Source: Candidatus Falkowbacteria bacterium RIFOXYA2_FULL_47_19 (GTDB taxonomy: Bacteria > Patescibacteriota > Patescibacteriia > Patescibacteriales > UBA12075). Taken from it: a stretch of 64,000 nt of DNA. A program made the position numbers and the translations under genes. The notes under the pieces were generated by a model. That model was not told the origin of the DNA, did no database searches, and saw only the letters and a program-made list of their open reading frames with translations. Positions within the stretch are counted from its first letter, which is position 1. Each line of letters opens with the position of its first letter. Shown here one piece after another: positions 18,294 through 28,262 of this stretch. The stretch covers positions 2,280 through 66,279 of the forward strand of contig MFGB01000007.1 of NCBI GenBank assembly GCA_001780275.1. Reading direction: 5' to 3'.

Positions 18294-19562
18294 TTATTTC
18301 GTCACTCCGTAAGTTGCCACTCCCTCATCATAAGTTATGACGCTTACCCCCGATGCCGCGATCTCTGCCATCATATCGGCGAATATCTCCGGTGTCGTAT
18401 GATACGCGTCATCCCCGGACGGAACTATCTCGTGAAAGGTTATCACGATCCAGCTGTTATTGGCCTTAGCCTCATTTATCCAGCCCGCCAATTCCGCCGT
18501 TGTGGTCGTATCCAATATTCCCCTTATCTTAATCTCGCCGGGAAACGAGCCCTGCGGATTATCGCCCTGTTCGTAGTTCCGCACAGAAGCGTAACCCGCC
18601 TTTTCCGCCGCGTTCATTATATTGCTGTTGTAGGCTCCGAAAGGTGTTATAAAGCTCGTTACCGTAAGGTCCTGGCCCGCGAATACGTCCCGATTGTTGA
18701 TCTCCGAGAGCATATCGGTCTGGCTTAAGGTCGTCAGGTCCCTGTGGGTTCGGCTATGGGACGCAACACCCCAGCCGCTACCGGATAATTCCTTTATCTC
18801 TTCCCAGGACATGAAATCAGCGTCTCCGGAGCCCGGCGCATCGGAAACTATTGCCAGGGTACCCCTGAAACCGTGCCGTTCCATCACGGGTTTAGCCGCC
18901 GTATAAACGGAAGATGCGCCATCATCGAACATGATCGTAAGAGCCGGATGGTCCGGCGTAAATTCATAAGCGGCCAAATCATCGAAAGAGGCGGTCCCGC
19001 TCGCGTAGGCCAGAAGAGGTACTATGTAAATATGCGAAATCGGCCTATTTACGAGTTTATTTACGCCGTCAATGGTTAAGGCGGCGGTATTGAATCCGAT
19101 CCAATGCCAATCGAAAGTTCCGTAATTAGCCAATGAGTTCCAGTAAACTATCCGACCGTTGTCGAGATGGATCTCGGCATAAATACTGGCGCCAAAATAC
19201 CCGCCGGCGGAATTTACGATATTATCGCCCTTAACGAACCCACCGATAAAAACCGGCTTGACCTGGGTCTGGCCAAGATCGATTCGCTGGTAAGCGCCTG
19301 CCAGGGATACGGTGTCGTTGTTAGTGATATCAATGCCATATTGTCCGGCGTGGTAAGCTCCTCTTGTGTAACCGCCGCCGAAAAGATGCCAGGCGCTGGC
19401 AGGGTCTCCCCATCCGCCCTGTTCGACCGGCACCCCCGCCTCTTCAAAACCGGAATTAACGAGGATATTAACCTGCTCCGCAGCCTTTGCTTCCGGTATG
19501 ACCGTAAGTATCAAGCCCAAAACCGCGATAACCGCGGCTGATCTCATAATTTGTTCTTTCAT
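18294..19562 (-). CDS. secreted polysaccharide deacetylase (CE4/NodB) with N-terminal carbohydrate-binding-like domain
   Basis: Signal peptide, CBM-like start NILVNSGFEEAG, NodB motifs MFDDG and HSRTH. Confidence 0.8.
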   Translation of the reverse strand: MKEQIMRSAAVIAVLGLILTVIPEAKAAEQVNILVNSGFEEAGVPVEQGGWGDPASAWHLFGGGYTRGAYHAGQYGIDITNNDTVSLAGAYQRIDLGQTQVKPVFIGGFVKGDNIVNSAGGYFGASIYAEIHLDNGRIVYWNSLANYGTFDWHWIGFNTAALTIDGVNKLVNRPISHIYIVPLLAYASGTASFDDLAAYEFTPDHPALTIMFDDGASSVYTAAKPVMERHGFRGTLAIVSDAPGSGDADFMSWEEIKELSGSGWGVASHSRTHRDLTTLSQTDMLSEINNRDVFAGQDLTVTSFITPFGAYNSNIMNAAEKAGYASVRNYEQGDNPQGSFPGEIKIRGILDTTTTAELAGWINEAKANNSWIVITFHEIVPSGDDAYHTTPEIFADMMAEIAASGVSVITYDEGVATYGVTK

Positions 19563-19808
19563 AGATTTATTGACTACAGATTTATATCTTGTTTGGAATA
19601 ATATTACAACTTCACGATTACGGCGCCTTTCGCGAATTTGCGAACAGATTCCAAAATCAAGGCATAATTCTGAATTTATAATTAATAAAACATAATCTTT
19701 CTAACGCTGTTGTAATGTTCATAATTTAACATTACTATATTATGGATATATTAATTTTAAATATAAATTTAATTAAAGTTGGTTAATTATATTTAAAAAA
19801 CTAATTAT

Positions 19809-21053
19809 ATGTTAAAAAAATCAGAATACTCATTATTGGCCCTATCCTTGTTTATTGCGGTATTTATCTTTGTTTTTTACCAAATAGGTCTGGATCCGCT
19901 TTTGAAAGAAAAATCGGCCAAAGGATCGGAGATCGGCGGCAGGATCAGGGAAGTGTCAACGCACAGATCAGAAAATGAATTAATAAGATCCGTCCGGATA
20001 GATCTCTCCAGTGTGGATATACCGTCTGATTTTAACCAATACGCTGCGGATATCATGGCTCGCCTGGTGGAATCCGGTGCCAATGCGGTTTATATTTCCC
20101 CCTGGAGCGACGGCCGCGCCAACTACGAAAGCCTTCGGGCGCCATTAAACGATTTCGGAAAAAACGGGTTCCTGGAAAATTTCATCAAAGAGGCCAGAGT
20201 CCGCAATATTAAAACTTACGCCTGGTTCGTGGCGGGTAAAGACAATTTCCCCTTTTTCTCGAATCCGGAATGGTTTGCGAAAACTTTAGACGGCAAGGAT
20301 TATTACCAGGCCGACGAACCCGGAGTGGAACTGCCGTTCGCTTCACTGGATAATCGCGATTATCTCAGATATCATCTGGAACTGATAAACGAGGTTAACG
20401 ATCTGCCGATCGACGGCTGGGTAATTTCGGAACCGGTGATCGGCTGGGGGGACGCATATGATTCTTTCTATACGGATTTTTCTCTGGCGACAATCGCGCG
20501 TTTTAAAAGTAAAACCGGAATAGATCCTAAAATTTTATTCGACGAAAATTCCGACCTTTATTACGAAAATAACCCCTCTCTTTACGCGGAATGGATAAAT
20601 TTAAGGGCGGGCATTGTAACCGATTTTGTTGCCGCTTCCATAGAAGAGATACGGAAAAAACCGAATCGTACCGTTATTGTAACTCTATTTACCGAACCGG
20701 ACCGGAACGGGCGCCTGACCGCTTTATCCGGCATAAGGGAATGGTTAGGGACCGATGTGCCGGCCATAGCCGCGCTCAAACCTGATTATTTTGAACTGCA
20801 GGCTTTATTCGCTGATTTTGAATACCCTCAAAATCCGGTCTGGGCGGCCGAAATGGTCAAACAATTCCGCGCCCAACTACCTTACGGACCCCCCTTGCTC
20901 GTTAGTGTGCAGGGCTTCGGCGTTGCCCCGGATGATTTTGCCGCCGCTATAAGTTCGGCCATGAAAACGGACGTTAAGGGGGTATCGTTTTATGCTTACC
21001 ACACTTTAAGTGAAGCGCATTGGATGGCGTTGGGGAGTATCTGGGGAGAATAA
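19809..21053 (+). CDS. glycoside-hydrolase-like (GHL10/DUF187-like) membrane-anchored protein
   Basis: N-terminal TM and a TIM-barrel-like pattern (ANAVYISPWSDG..., IKTYAWFVAGKD, WVISEP). Family assignment by resemblance only. Confidence 0.5.
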   Translation: MLKKSEYSLLALSLFIAVFIFVFYQIGLDPLLKEKSAKGSEIGGRIREVSTHRSENELIRSVRIDLSSVDIPSDFNQYAADIMARLVESGANAVYISPWSDGRANYESLRAPLNDFGKNGFLENFIKEARVRNIKTYAWFVAGKDNFPFFSNPEWFAKTLDGKDYYQADEPGVELPFASLDNRDYLRYHLELINEVNDLPIDGWVISEPVIGWGDAYDSFYTDFSLATIARFKSKTGIDPKILFDENSDLYYENNPSLYAEWINLRAGIVTDFVAASIEEIRKKPNRTVIVTLFTEPDRNGRLTALSGIREWLGTDVPAIAALKPDYFELQALFADFEYPQNPVWAAEMVKQFRAQLPYGPPLLVSVQGFGVAPDDFAAAISSAMKTDVKGVSFYAYHTLSEAHWMALGSIWGE

Positions 21054-21096
21054 ATCCGGGAAACTGCGAATAAATTAAAAATTTATTTTCATTAAA

Positions 21097-21130
21097 ATAA
21101 AAATCCCTGAATTTCAGGGATTATTTTTTT
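21097..21130. terminator. bidirectional terminator
   Basis: AATCCCTGAA-at-TTCAGGGATT, a perfect 10-bp stem, followed by TTTTTTT. Confidence 0.75.
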
Positions 21131-21193
21131 ATCTACAAAGATCAATGTCGCGTTTATTTTTTTCCGGCAAGCATGTTCGACAGGATTATTTAT

Positions 21194-22069
21194 TTACATC
21201 GCGATCGCGCTGTCCGATGCGGTCCGCGTGATCGGCACTATTTGCGGCGAAAAACGCCTTATTTGCGCCAGCGAAGCTTCCTTTGTGCGGTAATTCATGA
21301 ATCCGTTCGCCTTAAGGATTATTTCCTTGGGTACGCGCAGGCTTTCAAGAACCGAAAGCAGAGCCGCGTAAGCGATCTGCAGGCGGTCGCTCTTCTCGGA
21401 AAGTTTTTCCGTCGAATATTTATTTTTGAGCTTCCGGGAGATGTTTCCCCCGTAAAGAGCCGGATGAGGTATTTCAAGGATGCGCGCCTCCGGTTTCGCG
21501 TCCCAAACGCGCAGGAGGATCTCCATCGGTATGCCGTAACCAGATACCACCATATTACCGGCCATTTTTTCCACGTATTCGTATTTTAGCCCCATGCAGC
21601 CGCTGCGGACGTCTGTCAACCGCCAGCCGGTTATCTTCCGGAGTATTTCCGTAAATATCATATTCAGGAGAATCCGGTCGATCGGCGTATCGCTCTGATC
21701 CGAGAGGGGGTGAAAGCGGGAACAGATCACAATGTCATAACCGCCGCAAAGCCCGTCGATTATTTCTCCAAAAAAATCAAGATTATGCTGGCCGTCGCCG
21801 TCCAGCTTAACGATATGATCGTAACCGCCCCGACGCGCGATGTACTCAAATCCTTTGCGGGTCGCGGCGCCTACGCCGCCATTCTTATCCATAAGGACAA
21901 CGTGGGGAGTGAATTGGCGGGCGATCTTAACGCTTTTATCCGTGGATTTGTCGTCTACGACTATTATATCCGCGTTAAGGCCGACAGTCCTTTCGATAAT
22001 ACCCCCTAAAACACGCGCCAAGGTTTCGGCTTCATTGTAAACGGGGATGAACACGGCGATTTTTTGCAT
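21194..22069 (-). CDS. family-2 glycosyltransferase (Dpm1/GtrB-like)
   Basis: VFIPVYNEAETL, VVDDKSTDKS, LDGDGQH. The start is moved to the ATG at 22069, which has an AGGAGG RBS (CAGGAGGTAATCATG). Confidence 0.8.
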   Translation of the reverse strand: MQKIAVFIPVYNEAETLARVLGGIIERTVGLNADIIVVDDKSTDKSVKIARQFTPHVVLMDKNGGVGAATRKGFEYIARRGGYDHIVKLDGDGQHNLDFFGEIIDGLCGGYDIVICSRFHPLSDQSDTPIDRILLNMIFTEILRKITGWRLTDVRSGCMGLKYEYVEKMAGNMVVSGYGIPMEILLRVWDAKPEARILEIPHPALYGGNISRKLKNKYSTEKLSEKSDRLQIAYAALLSVLESLRVPKEIILKANGFMNYRTKEASLAQIRRFSPQIVPITRTASDSAIAM

Positions 22070-22281
22070 GATTACCTCCTGTTGTAAATATGTGGCCGCG
22101 ATAAAAAGAACTATTAGCTCCGTATCATCATATTTATAAAAATTATATTTCATTATTATTAATATATGATTATAAATTATTAAAAATTAAGTTATAATTA
22201 TTACCTCCCAAGCTCGATTTACTCATCACAAGAGGGGGCCTAAAAACGATTTTTGCGGAAAAACATAGAGCCTGCGCCATC

Positions 22282-22310
22282 TTGCGTTGTCACAGTTTTT
22301 TTGCTATTAT
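22282..22310 (+). promoter_or_regulatory. candidate gyrB promoter
   Basis: TTGCGT, 17-nt spacer, TATTAT. Confidence 0.4.
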
Positions 22311-22321
22311 ACTAATATAAG

Positions 22322-22350
22322 AACATGCCCTGTTTTACGGGGATGTTTTT
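22322..22350 (+). promoter_or_regulatory. terminator-like hairpin in the gyrB leader
   Basis: AACATgCCC-tgttttac-GGGgATGTT followed by TTTGAATTTTTT. It lies between the candidate promoter and the gyrB ATG. Confidence 0.4.
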
Positions 22351-22414
22351 GAATTTTTTATTAAACATTAAATAAAAAAAATCCATAGTTATTAACAGGA
22401 ATTTTCATAAAAAT

Positions 22415-24520
22415 ATGTCCAAAACTAAAACCAAAGAAGAGGCAAAAATAAGCCCAAAAAAGACTTCTGACAAAACTGCGCCGAAAGAGAAAAAATCGTC
22501 TTACGGAGCGGACGATATCACGGTTTTAGAGGGCCTGGAACCCGTCCGGAAACGTCCCGGCATGTATATCGGTTCCACTTCCTCGACCGGTCTGCACCAC
22601 TTAATATGGGAGATAGTCGATAACGGCATCGACGAGGCCATGGCCGGCTTTGCCACGGAAATAACCGTTACCCTTCTGGATGACGGCATGGTCCAGGTAA
22701 TCGATAACGGCCGCGGCATACCGGTCGGGATCCACAAAGTAACCGGCGTTTCGGCTCTGGAAACTGTCATGACAAAACTTCATGCCGGCGGCAAATTCGG
22801 CGACGGCGGCGGCTATAAGGTTTCCGGCGGCTTGCACGGTGTCGGGGCTTCGGTCGTCAACGCCCTAAGTGAATACCTGAAAGCCGAAGTGCACCAGAAC
22901 GGCAAGATCTGGGCCCAGGAATATAAATGCGGAAAGCCTCTCAAAAAAGTCAGGCCCGTGGGCGAGACCAAAAAGAACGGCACGGTCATTACCTTCAAGC
23001 CGGACAGGACTATTTTTACTGAAACGGAATTCAACTGGGGCAAGATCCTGGACCACCTGCGACAGCAGGCATATCTGACCAAAGGGCTCATAATAAAGAT
23101 CGCCGATCGCCGCAAAGGTCATCGCTCCAAGGATTATCAATTCCATTTCGAGGGCGGGATAAAATCATACATAAAAACCCTGCACCGCAATAAGACCGTA
23201 AAAAACGAAACCGTTTTTTACGTTGATAAGGAAGTAAACGATTCCCGGGTCGAAGTGGCGCTCCAGTATAACGACGAGTATAATGAGATCGTTATGGCTT
23301 TTGCCAATAATATCTATAACATGGAAGGCGGGATGCATACCGTCGGTTTCCGCACCGCTTTGACGCGCACCCTCAATGCTTACGCCCGCGCCCAGAATAT
23401 CCTAAAAGAAAAGAACGAAAACCTGACCGGAGAGGATGTTCGCGAGGGCTTAACCGCCATTATCAGCGTTAAACTCTGTAATCCGCAGTTCGAGGGGCAA
23501 ACAAAGGGTAAGCTCGGTAACGCCGAGATGAAAACCTACGTCGAACAGATATTCGGTGAAGCCTTCAATACTTTTCTTGAAGAACACCCGAAAGAAGCGG
23601 AGGCGATCATCGGCAAGTGCCTGCTCACCAACCAGGCCCGGCTGGCGGCCCGTACCGCCCGCGCGTCGATCCTTCGGAAAGGAGCCCTGGAGGGCATTAC
23701 CCTCCCCGGAAAATTAGCCGACTGCTCCAGCCGCAAACCGGAAGAAAGCGAAATTTTCATCGTCGAGGGCGATTCGGCCGGCGGCTCGGCCAAACAGGGC
23801 CGGGACCGCAAATTTCAGGCCATCCTTCCCCTGCGCGGAAAAATACTCAATGTGGAACGCGCCAGGCTCGACAAGATGCTTGCCAATAACGAGATAAAAA
23901 ACCTGGTCATCGCCCTGGGCACGAACATTGACGATCAATTCGATATAGATAAACTGCGCTATTACCGGGTAGTGATCATGACCGATGCGGACGTGGACGG
24001 CGCCCATATACGAACCCTGCTTTTAACCCTCTTTTTCCGCCACTTCAATCCCCTGGTAGCCGGCGGTCATCTTTACGTCGCCCAACCGCCGCTCTATCAG
24101 GTAAAAAAGGGCACGGCCGCCAAATACGCCTACACGGACGATGAGAAAAACGCCATTATCAAGGAGTTCGGCGGCAATCCCGGAGAATTCGAAGAAAACG
24201 CGCCGACGGAAGAGGATGAAACCGCCGCGGAAAACGAAGAAGAGCCGGAAGCGGACGAGGACGATGCTAAGGGTAAAAAAAACAAAACTAAAGCTCCGTC
24301 TAAAATAATCATCCAGCGCTATAAAGGTTTGGGTGAAATGAATCCGGAACAGCTTTGGGAAACGACCATGGATCCGGCAAAAAGGATCCTGGCTCAGGTA
24401 ACGATCGACGACGCGGCCAAAGCGGATGAAATGTTCGACATGCTTATGGGCGGCGACGTCGCCCCGCGCAAGAAATTCATCCAGACCCATGCCCGCAAGG
24501 TACAGAATCTTGATATATAA
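22415..24520 (+). CDS. gyrB: DNA gyrase subunit B
   Basis: [33 protein letters not shown], Toprim [61 protein letters not shown]. Confidence 0.96.
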   Translation: MSKTKTKEEAKISPKKTSDKTAPKEKKSSYGADDITVLEGLEPVRKRPGMYIGSTSSTGLHHLIWEIVDNGIDEAMAGFATEITVTLLDDGMVQVIDNGRGIPVGIHKVTGVSALETVMTKLHAGGKFGDGGGYKVSGGLHGVGASVVNALSEYLKAEVHQNGKIWAQEYKCGKPLKKVRPVGETKKNGTVITFKPDRTIFTETEFNWGKILDHLRQQAYLTKGLIIKIADRRKGHRSKDYQFHFEGGIKSYIKTLHRNKTVKNETVFYVDKEVNDSRVEVALQYNDEYNEIVMAFANNIYNMEGGMHTVGFRTALTRTLNAYARAQNILKEKNENLTGEDVREGLTAIISVKLCNPQFEGQTKGKLGNAEMKTYVEQIFGEAFNTFLEEHPKEAEAIIGKCLLTNQARLAARTARASILRKGALEGITLPGKLADCSSRKPEESEIFIVEGDSAGGSAKQGRDRKFQAILPLRGKILNVERARLDKMLANNEIKNLVIALGTNIDDQFDIDKLRYYRVVIMTDADVDGAHIRTLLLTLFFRHFNPLVAGGHLYVAQPPLYQVKKGTAAKYAYTDDEKNAIIKEFGGNPGEFEENAPTEEDETAAENEEEPEADEDDAKGKKNKTKAPSKIIIQRYKGLGEMNPEQLWETTMDPAKRILAQVTIDDAAKADEMFDMLMGGDVAPRKKFIQTHARKVQNLDI

Positions 24521-24536
24521 TAAATTTTTTTATACC

Positions 24537-24566
24537 AAAAAACCCGCTTTTAAAAGCGGGTTTTTG
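24537..24566 (+). terminator. gyrB terminator
   Basis: AAAAAACCCGCTTTTAAAAGCGGGTTTTT. Confidence 0.8.
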
Positions 24567-24575
24567 ATTGCGGTA

Positions 24576-24608
24576 AAAATTAAAACCACCCTTATTTTTC
24601 AAGGGTGG
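24576..24608 (-). terminator. terminator of the DHH gene
   Basis: Stem CCACCCTT/AAGGGTGG. The minus strand continues with TTTTAATTTTT. Confidence 0.7.
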
Positions 24609-24617
24609 TGTGTTGTT

Positions 24618-25766
24618 TTAAAAACCCAGCTCTTTCATATGTTGTTGTAATCTTTCTTTGTAGTGCTCAAAATAATGCATAAAAAGGGCTTCGCGCTCTT
24701 CTTCCGTGGCTTTTTCGAAGATCTTCCGCTCACGTTCCACGAGCGGAACCTGCGCACCGCCTGAAGCGGTGCGACCGCCGGCCGAAGCGATGCCGATATC
24801 GGTTTTGAGTGGATCCTCAAAAACCTTTTTGCACAACTCATTCGTGTTTATGAGATCGGCGTGCTTGCGCACCTTTGCCTGGAGCATTCTGAAGTCTTCG
24901 ATGCCTATTATCATGGCGAGCTTTACGTCGCTTCTCATGGCGATATCGACGATATGGGCCAAGAATTCTGTTTGTCCGCTGGAAACGCAACCGACTCCCA
25001 AAATAAGGATGTTTTCGTCGTGATAGATCGGCTGCGTAAAGGCTTTTCCTAAAAGCTTTAGATGGGAGACGGTCAAGTCGAACCGTTTGTTGATCTTTTC
25101 GAAAAGCGGATAATCGTAAAGCAGCCGCAATTCCTTGTGCGCTTCACGGTCAAAATCGGTGGTTTCACTTTCTATCGTCAGGTCTTTCGTGTCCGCGCTG
25201 ATCCCCAGGGCTAAGGCAGTTGCTATACGCGCGTCCGGGACAAGGGAGAATTCCCTGAACAGGTTATAGAGAATAGTAGCGGCCGCACCCACCTCTTTTT
25301 TAATGATCAGGCAATTTTTGGGTATGGTGTTCAGAGGATGGTGGTCAATAATTATATCCGGATTGCAAGCGGCTAACTCACCTTTTTTAATCAGCTCCTT
25401 AAGGTCCTCGTGTCCCAAAAAACAATTGCTGACTCCGGTATCAAAAAGAATAATCAGTCCGTAAATATCACGATTTTCAATAAAGAACTTCTTATTCCTG
25501 ATCTCAATGTTAAGCTTAGAGATCATGGTCGTGTTCATGGGATTGGAAATATTCCCCTCAGAAAAAATATCCGACTTAAAACCCCAGCCTTCTAGCAACT
25601 GGGTTAGGGCCATCGCAGAGAGAGCATCGGGATCGGCTTTGCCGTGGGTTATAATAGCTATCCTTTTATTTGAGGGGCATGACTTTATGCGAGCCTCGAA
25701 ATCCTTTTTTTCCTGTGCACTGAGCAATCCGGAGTTGATTACCCCTAATTTTTTTTTGGCATCCAT
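24618..25766 (-). CDS. DHH-family phosphoesterase (NrnA-like)
   Basis: Motifs THGKADPDALSA and IIIDHHP, plus a DHHA1-like C-terminus. The second ATG (25766) is preferred because the G9 tract and AAGAAGG form its RBS. Confidence 0.75.
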   Translation of the reverse strand: MDAKKKLGVINSGLLSAQEKKDFEARIKSCPSNKRIAIITHGKADPDALSAMALTQLLEGWGFKSDIFSEGNISNPMNTTMISKLNIEIRNKKFFIENRDIYGLIILFDTGVSNCFLGHEDLKELIKKGELAACNPDIIIDHHPLNTIPKNCLIIKKEVGAAATILYNLFREFSLVPDARIATALALGISADTKDLTIESETTDFDREAHKELRLLYDYPLFEKINKRFDLTVSHLKLLGKAFTQPIYHDENILILGVGCVSSGQTEFLAHIVDIAMRSDVKLAMIIGIEDFRMLQAKVRKHADLINTNELCKKVFEDPLKTDIGIASAGGRTASGGAQVPLVERERKIFEKATEEEREALFMHYFEHYKERLQQHMKELGF

Positions 25767-26017
25767 AATGCCCCCCCCCTTCTTATACCGCAATCATGTT
25801 TTCAATGATCAGACAATCTTATTTTGATTGTTATAATTATTATTTTATTATAATTTAAAAAAAGCTTTATGTCAAGGAATTCCAACAAATTTTATAAAAA
25901 AAATAGCTAATATTAAATAAATATTTATATTAATAGCCTTAATATTCGCTAAATCTTAATTAGCATTTAACCACACTATAATAGTTATATTTTATCCTTT
26001 TAGTTAAGGAGGTAAGT

Positions 26018-26440
26018 TTGTTCTTTATAAATTGGAGGAGATTGTTTGTATCAATAACAATTAAAAAACAGGATGATCTTATGGAAACCGCCTGCCGGAT
26101 GAGAGAGCGCGAGGGGGCCGATATCGGCCATGAACTTTGCCGAAAACTTGAACAAGCGGAAGGCAACGCGGCGGAGGCGTCGCTTTCCTTAATAACATCC
26201 GAAGGATATGTTTATAATGATTTGAAAATCATCCCCTCTTTGAGCATAATTCAGAGGAACGAAAGAAAGGAGCCGAAAAAAATCGTTATTTTTGCGATCT
26301 CGTCAGACAGCGGTTTTCTTTATTTTATCTGGGCGGCCCCCGGCGAAAAACCGGAATATCGCGGTCCGGCCGATATCCATAAGGCCGGCAATCACATTAA
26401 ATTCATACAAATAAAAAAAATCCGATCGCAAGTAAATTAG
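26018..26440 (+). CDS. hypothetical protein
   Basis: TTG start 5 nt after the AAGGAGG RBS. No motif recognised. Confidence 0.45.
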   Translation: MFFINWRRLFVSITIKKQDDLMETACRMREREGADIGHELCRKLEQAEGNAAEASLSLITSEGYVYNDLKIIPSLSIIQRNERKEPKKIVIFAISSDSGFLYFIWAAPGEKPEYRGPADIHKAGNHIKFIQIKKIRSQVN

Positions 26441-26464
26441 GCGCGCGTACACAATTCTCCTCCC

Positions 26465-26492
26465 GGGCAGACAAAAGTCTGCCCTTTTTTTA
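26465..26492 (+). terminator. intrinsic terminator
   Basis: GGGCAGAC-aaaa-GTCTGCCC followed by TTTTTTT. Confidence 0.8.
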
Positions 26493-26500
26493 TTTGCGGC

Positions 26501-26529
26501 GTAGAGACGTGGCAATGCCACGTCTCTAC
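26501..26529. repeat. family-A palindrome (GTAGAGACG...CGTCTCTAC), copy 1
   Basis: GTAGAGACGTGGCAaTGCCACGTCTCTAC. Confidence 0.9.
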
Positions 26530-26552
26530 ATTAAACTTTCACGTCTTTACCG

Positions 26553-26705
26553 CTAACCAATACCCCTCCCCGCCCCTCCCCTAATTAGGGGAGGGTGGCG
26601 ATCCCGACGCCTCGGGAGAGCCGGGAGGGGTGTGGCACGAGTCCGCGAATCTCTCCCTTGCCAAGAGGAGATGCCCGAAGGGCAGAGGGGTGAGGGCGGT
26701 GCAAA
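26553..26705. repeat. composite GC-rich repeat block containing family-B palindrome copy 1 (26574..26595)
   Basis: CCCTCCCCTAATTAGGGGAGGG is a perfect 22-nt palindrome, preceded by a second CCCCTCCCC and followed by GGGAGGGG / TCTCCCTTGCCAAGAGGAGA motifs. The block stands out against AT-rich spacers. Confidence 0.85.
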
Positions 26706-26736
26706 CAAATAAAAACCCGGAACGTGACGTTCCGGG
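26706..26736 (-). terminator. terminator of the MBL-fold nuclease gene
   Basis: Stem CCCGGAACG/CGTTCCGGG. The minus strand continues with TTTTTATTTGTTT. Confidence 0.75.
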
Positions 26737-26746
26737 GGTCTGTATT

Positions 26747-28234
26747 TTAAAATAATTTGTACGGACGGCCGTTTTCGGCGATAACGATCTCGCCGGGCAG
26801 ATCCGTATTTTCTTTTTTGAATTGCTCCAGGCGCCTGGGGGCGCCATGGACCATTAGTGTGGTTTTGGGATGGAAGTCCTTGATAGTCTGCGCAATCTCG
26901 GCACTGGTAGCGTGGGCGCTGAACTGGTAACTGCGAACGCCGCATTCGAATTTCGTGAATTGGCCGCGCCAATTAACTACGCGTCCGTTCTGGGCGGCGA
27001 TAGATAGATCGTCTAACGGAGTACCGGGTTCGCACCATCCCAGACGATAGATCACGGCGTTGGGGTCGTGCAAGTGTTCGCCGATATAGTTATTCGAAAG
27101 CGATCCTTCGACGCCCATGCCGGAGGACACCAGGTAGATAGCCGGTTGGCCGTTTTTAATCCGGGAACGAACCAATTGCGCCCGGTTATCCTCTTTGTCC
27201 GAAACAAAATATTTTTCAATTCCGGTCAATTTTCCGGTATGCGGTTCGTAGATGGAAAGTCCGTCCCGGACTTTTCCATCAACGTGTAGATACTCGGCCA
27301 GATCGGCTTTTTCAATTTCCAAAGCCACTTTGGCCCCGCGATCCACAAAGAATCCGCAGGCGACTACGCGCCGACCGGCGGCCATATCAGCCGCCAAATC
27401 GCTCCGAAACCGTTCGCTCACGGTTTTAAACGGCTCCAAGGGTTGGCAGGCATAGGTTGTATTGATAACCAACACGTCCACAGGACCGATTACGCCCGGG
27501 TCTAATTTTTTAACCAGCTCATAGCCGGTGGCTTCCCGGGAAAAATCCCCGGTAAAAAATATACGCTTGCCACCAACCTCAATGAGGTACCCCAGCGCGT
27601 CCATGATATGGCCGACGTTGTAAGGGGTTACCAGCGTATTGCCGATTTTAAACGGCTTTCCGGCTGTGACGGTCTCACTCAGATATTCCAGATCCCTCAG
27701 GTCCTGAAAACCGAAGGGCAGAACGCAATTTTCCCCGATAAAGCCTTCGGCCGCCAGGATTTTTTGGGCGGCACCGCTCATGATCTGGGTGCAAAGCATT
27801 TCCCAGTCAATCGGTAGATGCTCGCCGTCGGCACGCGGACCGTTCAATTTTTCAAACAATTGCCGCGGCGTAATGCCCAGCTCCTGACACCAATTCCGAA
27901 TGGTGATGTGGATGGTGTCTTCTCCATGAATCGGCGCGAATTCCCGCGCCAAAACGGATTTGTAAAATTGCCGCGGCACGATCCCGTTGCGGATCAAAGC
28001 CGCTTCGCCGCCCACGTGGTCAAGATGACCATGCGTGTTGAGCACATGTGTAGGCTCAAAGTACTCTTTCATGGCCGCGAAATCCGGAAGCCTCAGGGCC
28101 TTTTCCCGCTTCGCTTCCATGCCGCAATCAATGAGAGTGGCCAGGTTTTTGCCGCGCAGTCCCGCACAAAATGGGCCGCCGATCTCGCCGGCCCCGCCAA
28201 AAAACATGAGTTCGGTATCGTTATTCCACCACAT
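26747..28234 (-). CDS. metallo-beta-lactamase fold, beta-CASP-type RNA/DNA nuclease
   Basis: HxHxDH (HTHGHLDHVGG), later Asp/His motifs, and a C-terminal MVHGAP (beta-CASP motif C-like). Confidence 0.75.
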   Translation of the reverse strand: MWWNNDTELMFFGGAGEIGGPFCAGLRGKNLATLIDCGMEAKREKALRLPDFAAMKEYFEPTHVLNTHGHLDHVGGEAALIRNGIVPRQFYKSVLAREFAPIHGEDTIHITIRNWCQELGITPRQLFEKLNGPRADGEHLPIDWEMLCTQIMSGAAQKILAAEGFIGENCVLPFGFQDLRDLEYLSETVTAGKPFKIGNTLVTPYNVGHIMDALGYLIEVGGKRIFFTGDFSREATGYELVKKLDPGVIGPVDVLVINTTYACQPLEPFKTVSERFRSDLAADMAAGRRVVACGFFVDRGAKVALEIEKADLAEYLHVDGKVRDGLSIYEPHTGKLTGIEKYFVSDKEDNRAQLVRSRIKNGQPAIYLVSSGMGVEGSLSNNYIGEHLHDPNAVIYRLGWCEPGTPLDDLSIAAQNGRVVNWRGQFTKFECGVRSYQFSAHATSAEIAQTIKDFHPKTTLMVHGAPRRLEQFKKENTDLPGEIVIAENGRPYKLF

Positions 28235-28262
28235 CGTTTTTCTCCCTTCTGGTTCCGCTTCT

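Noticed and set aside
26553-26972. ORFs 26553..26972 and 26581..26847 (minus strand).
   Set aside because: They run out of frame through the 3' end of the MBL nuclease gene and then through the GC-rich palindrome block. The P/G/R-rich peptides are translation artefacts of the repeats.
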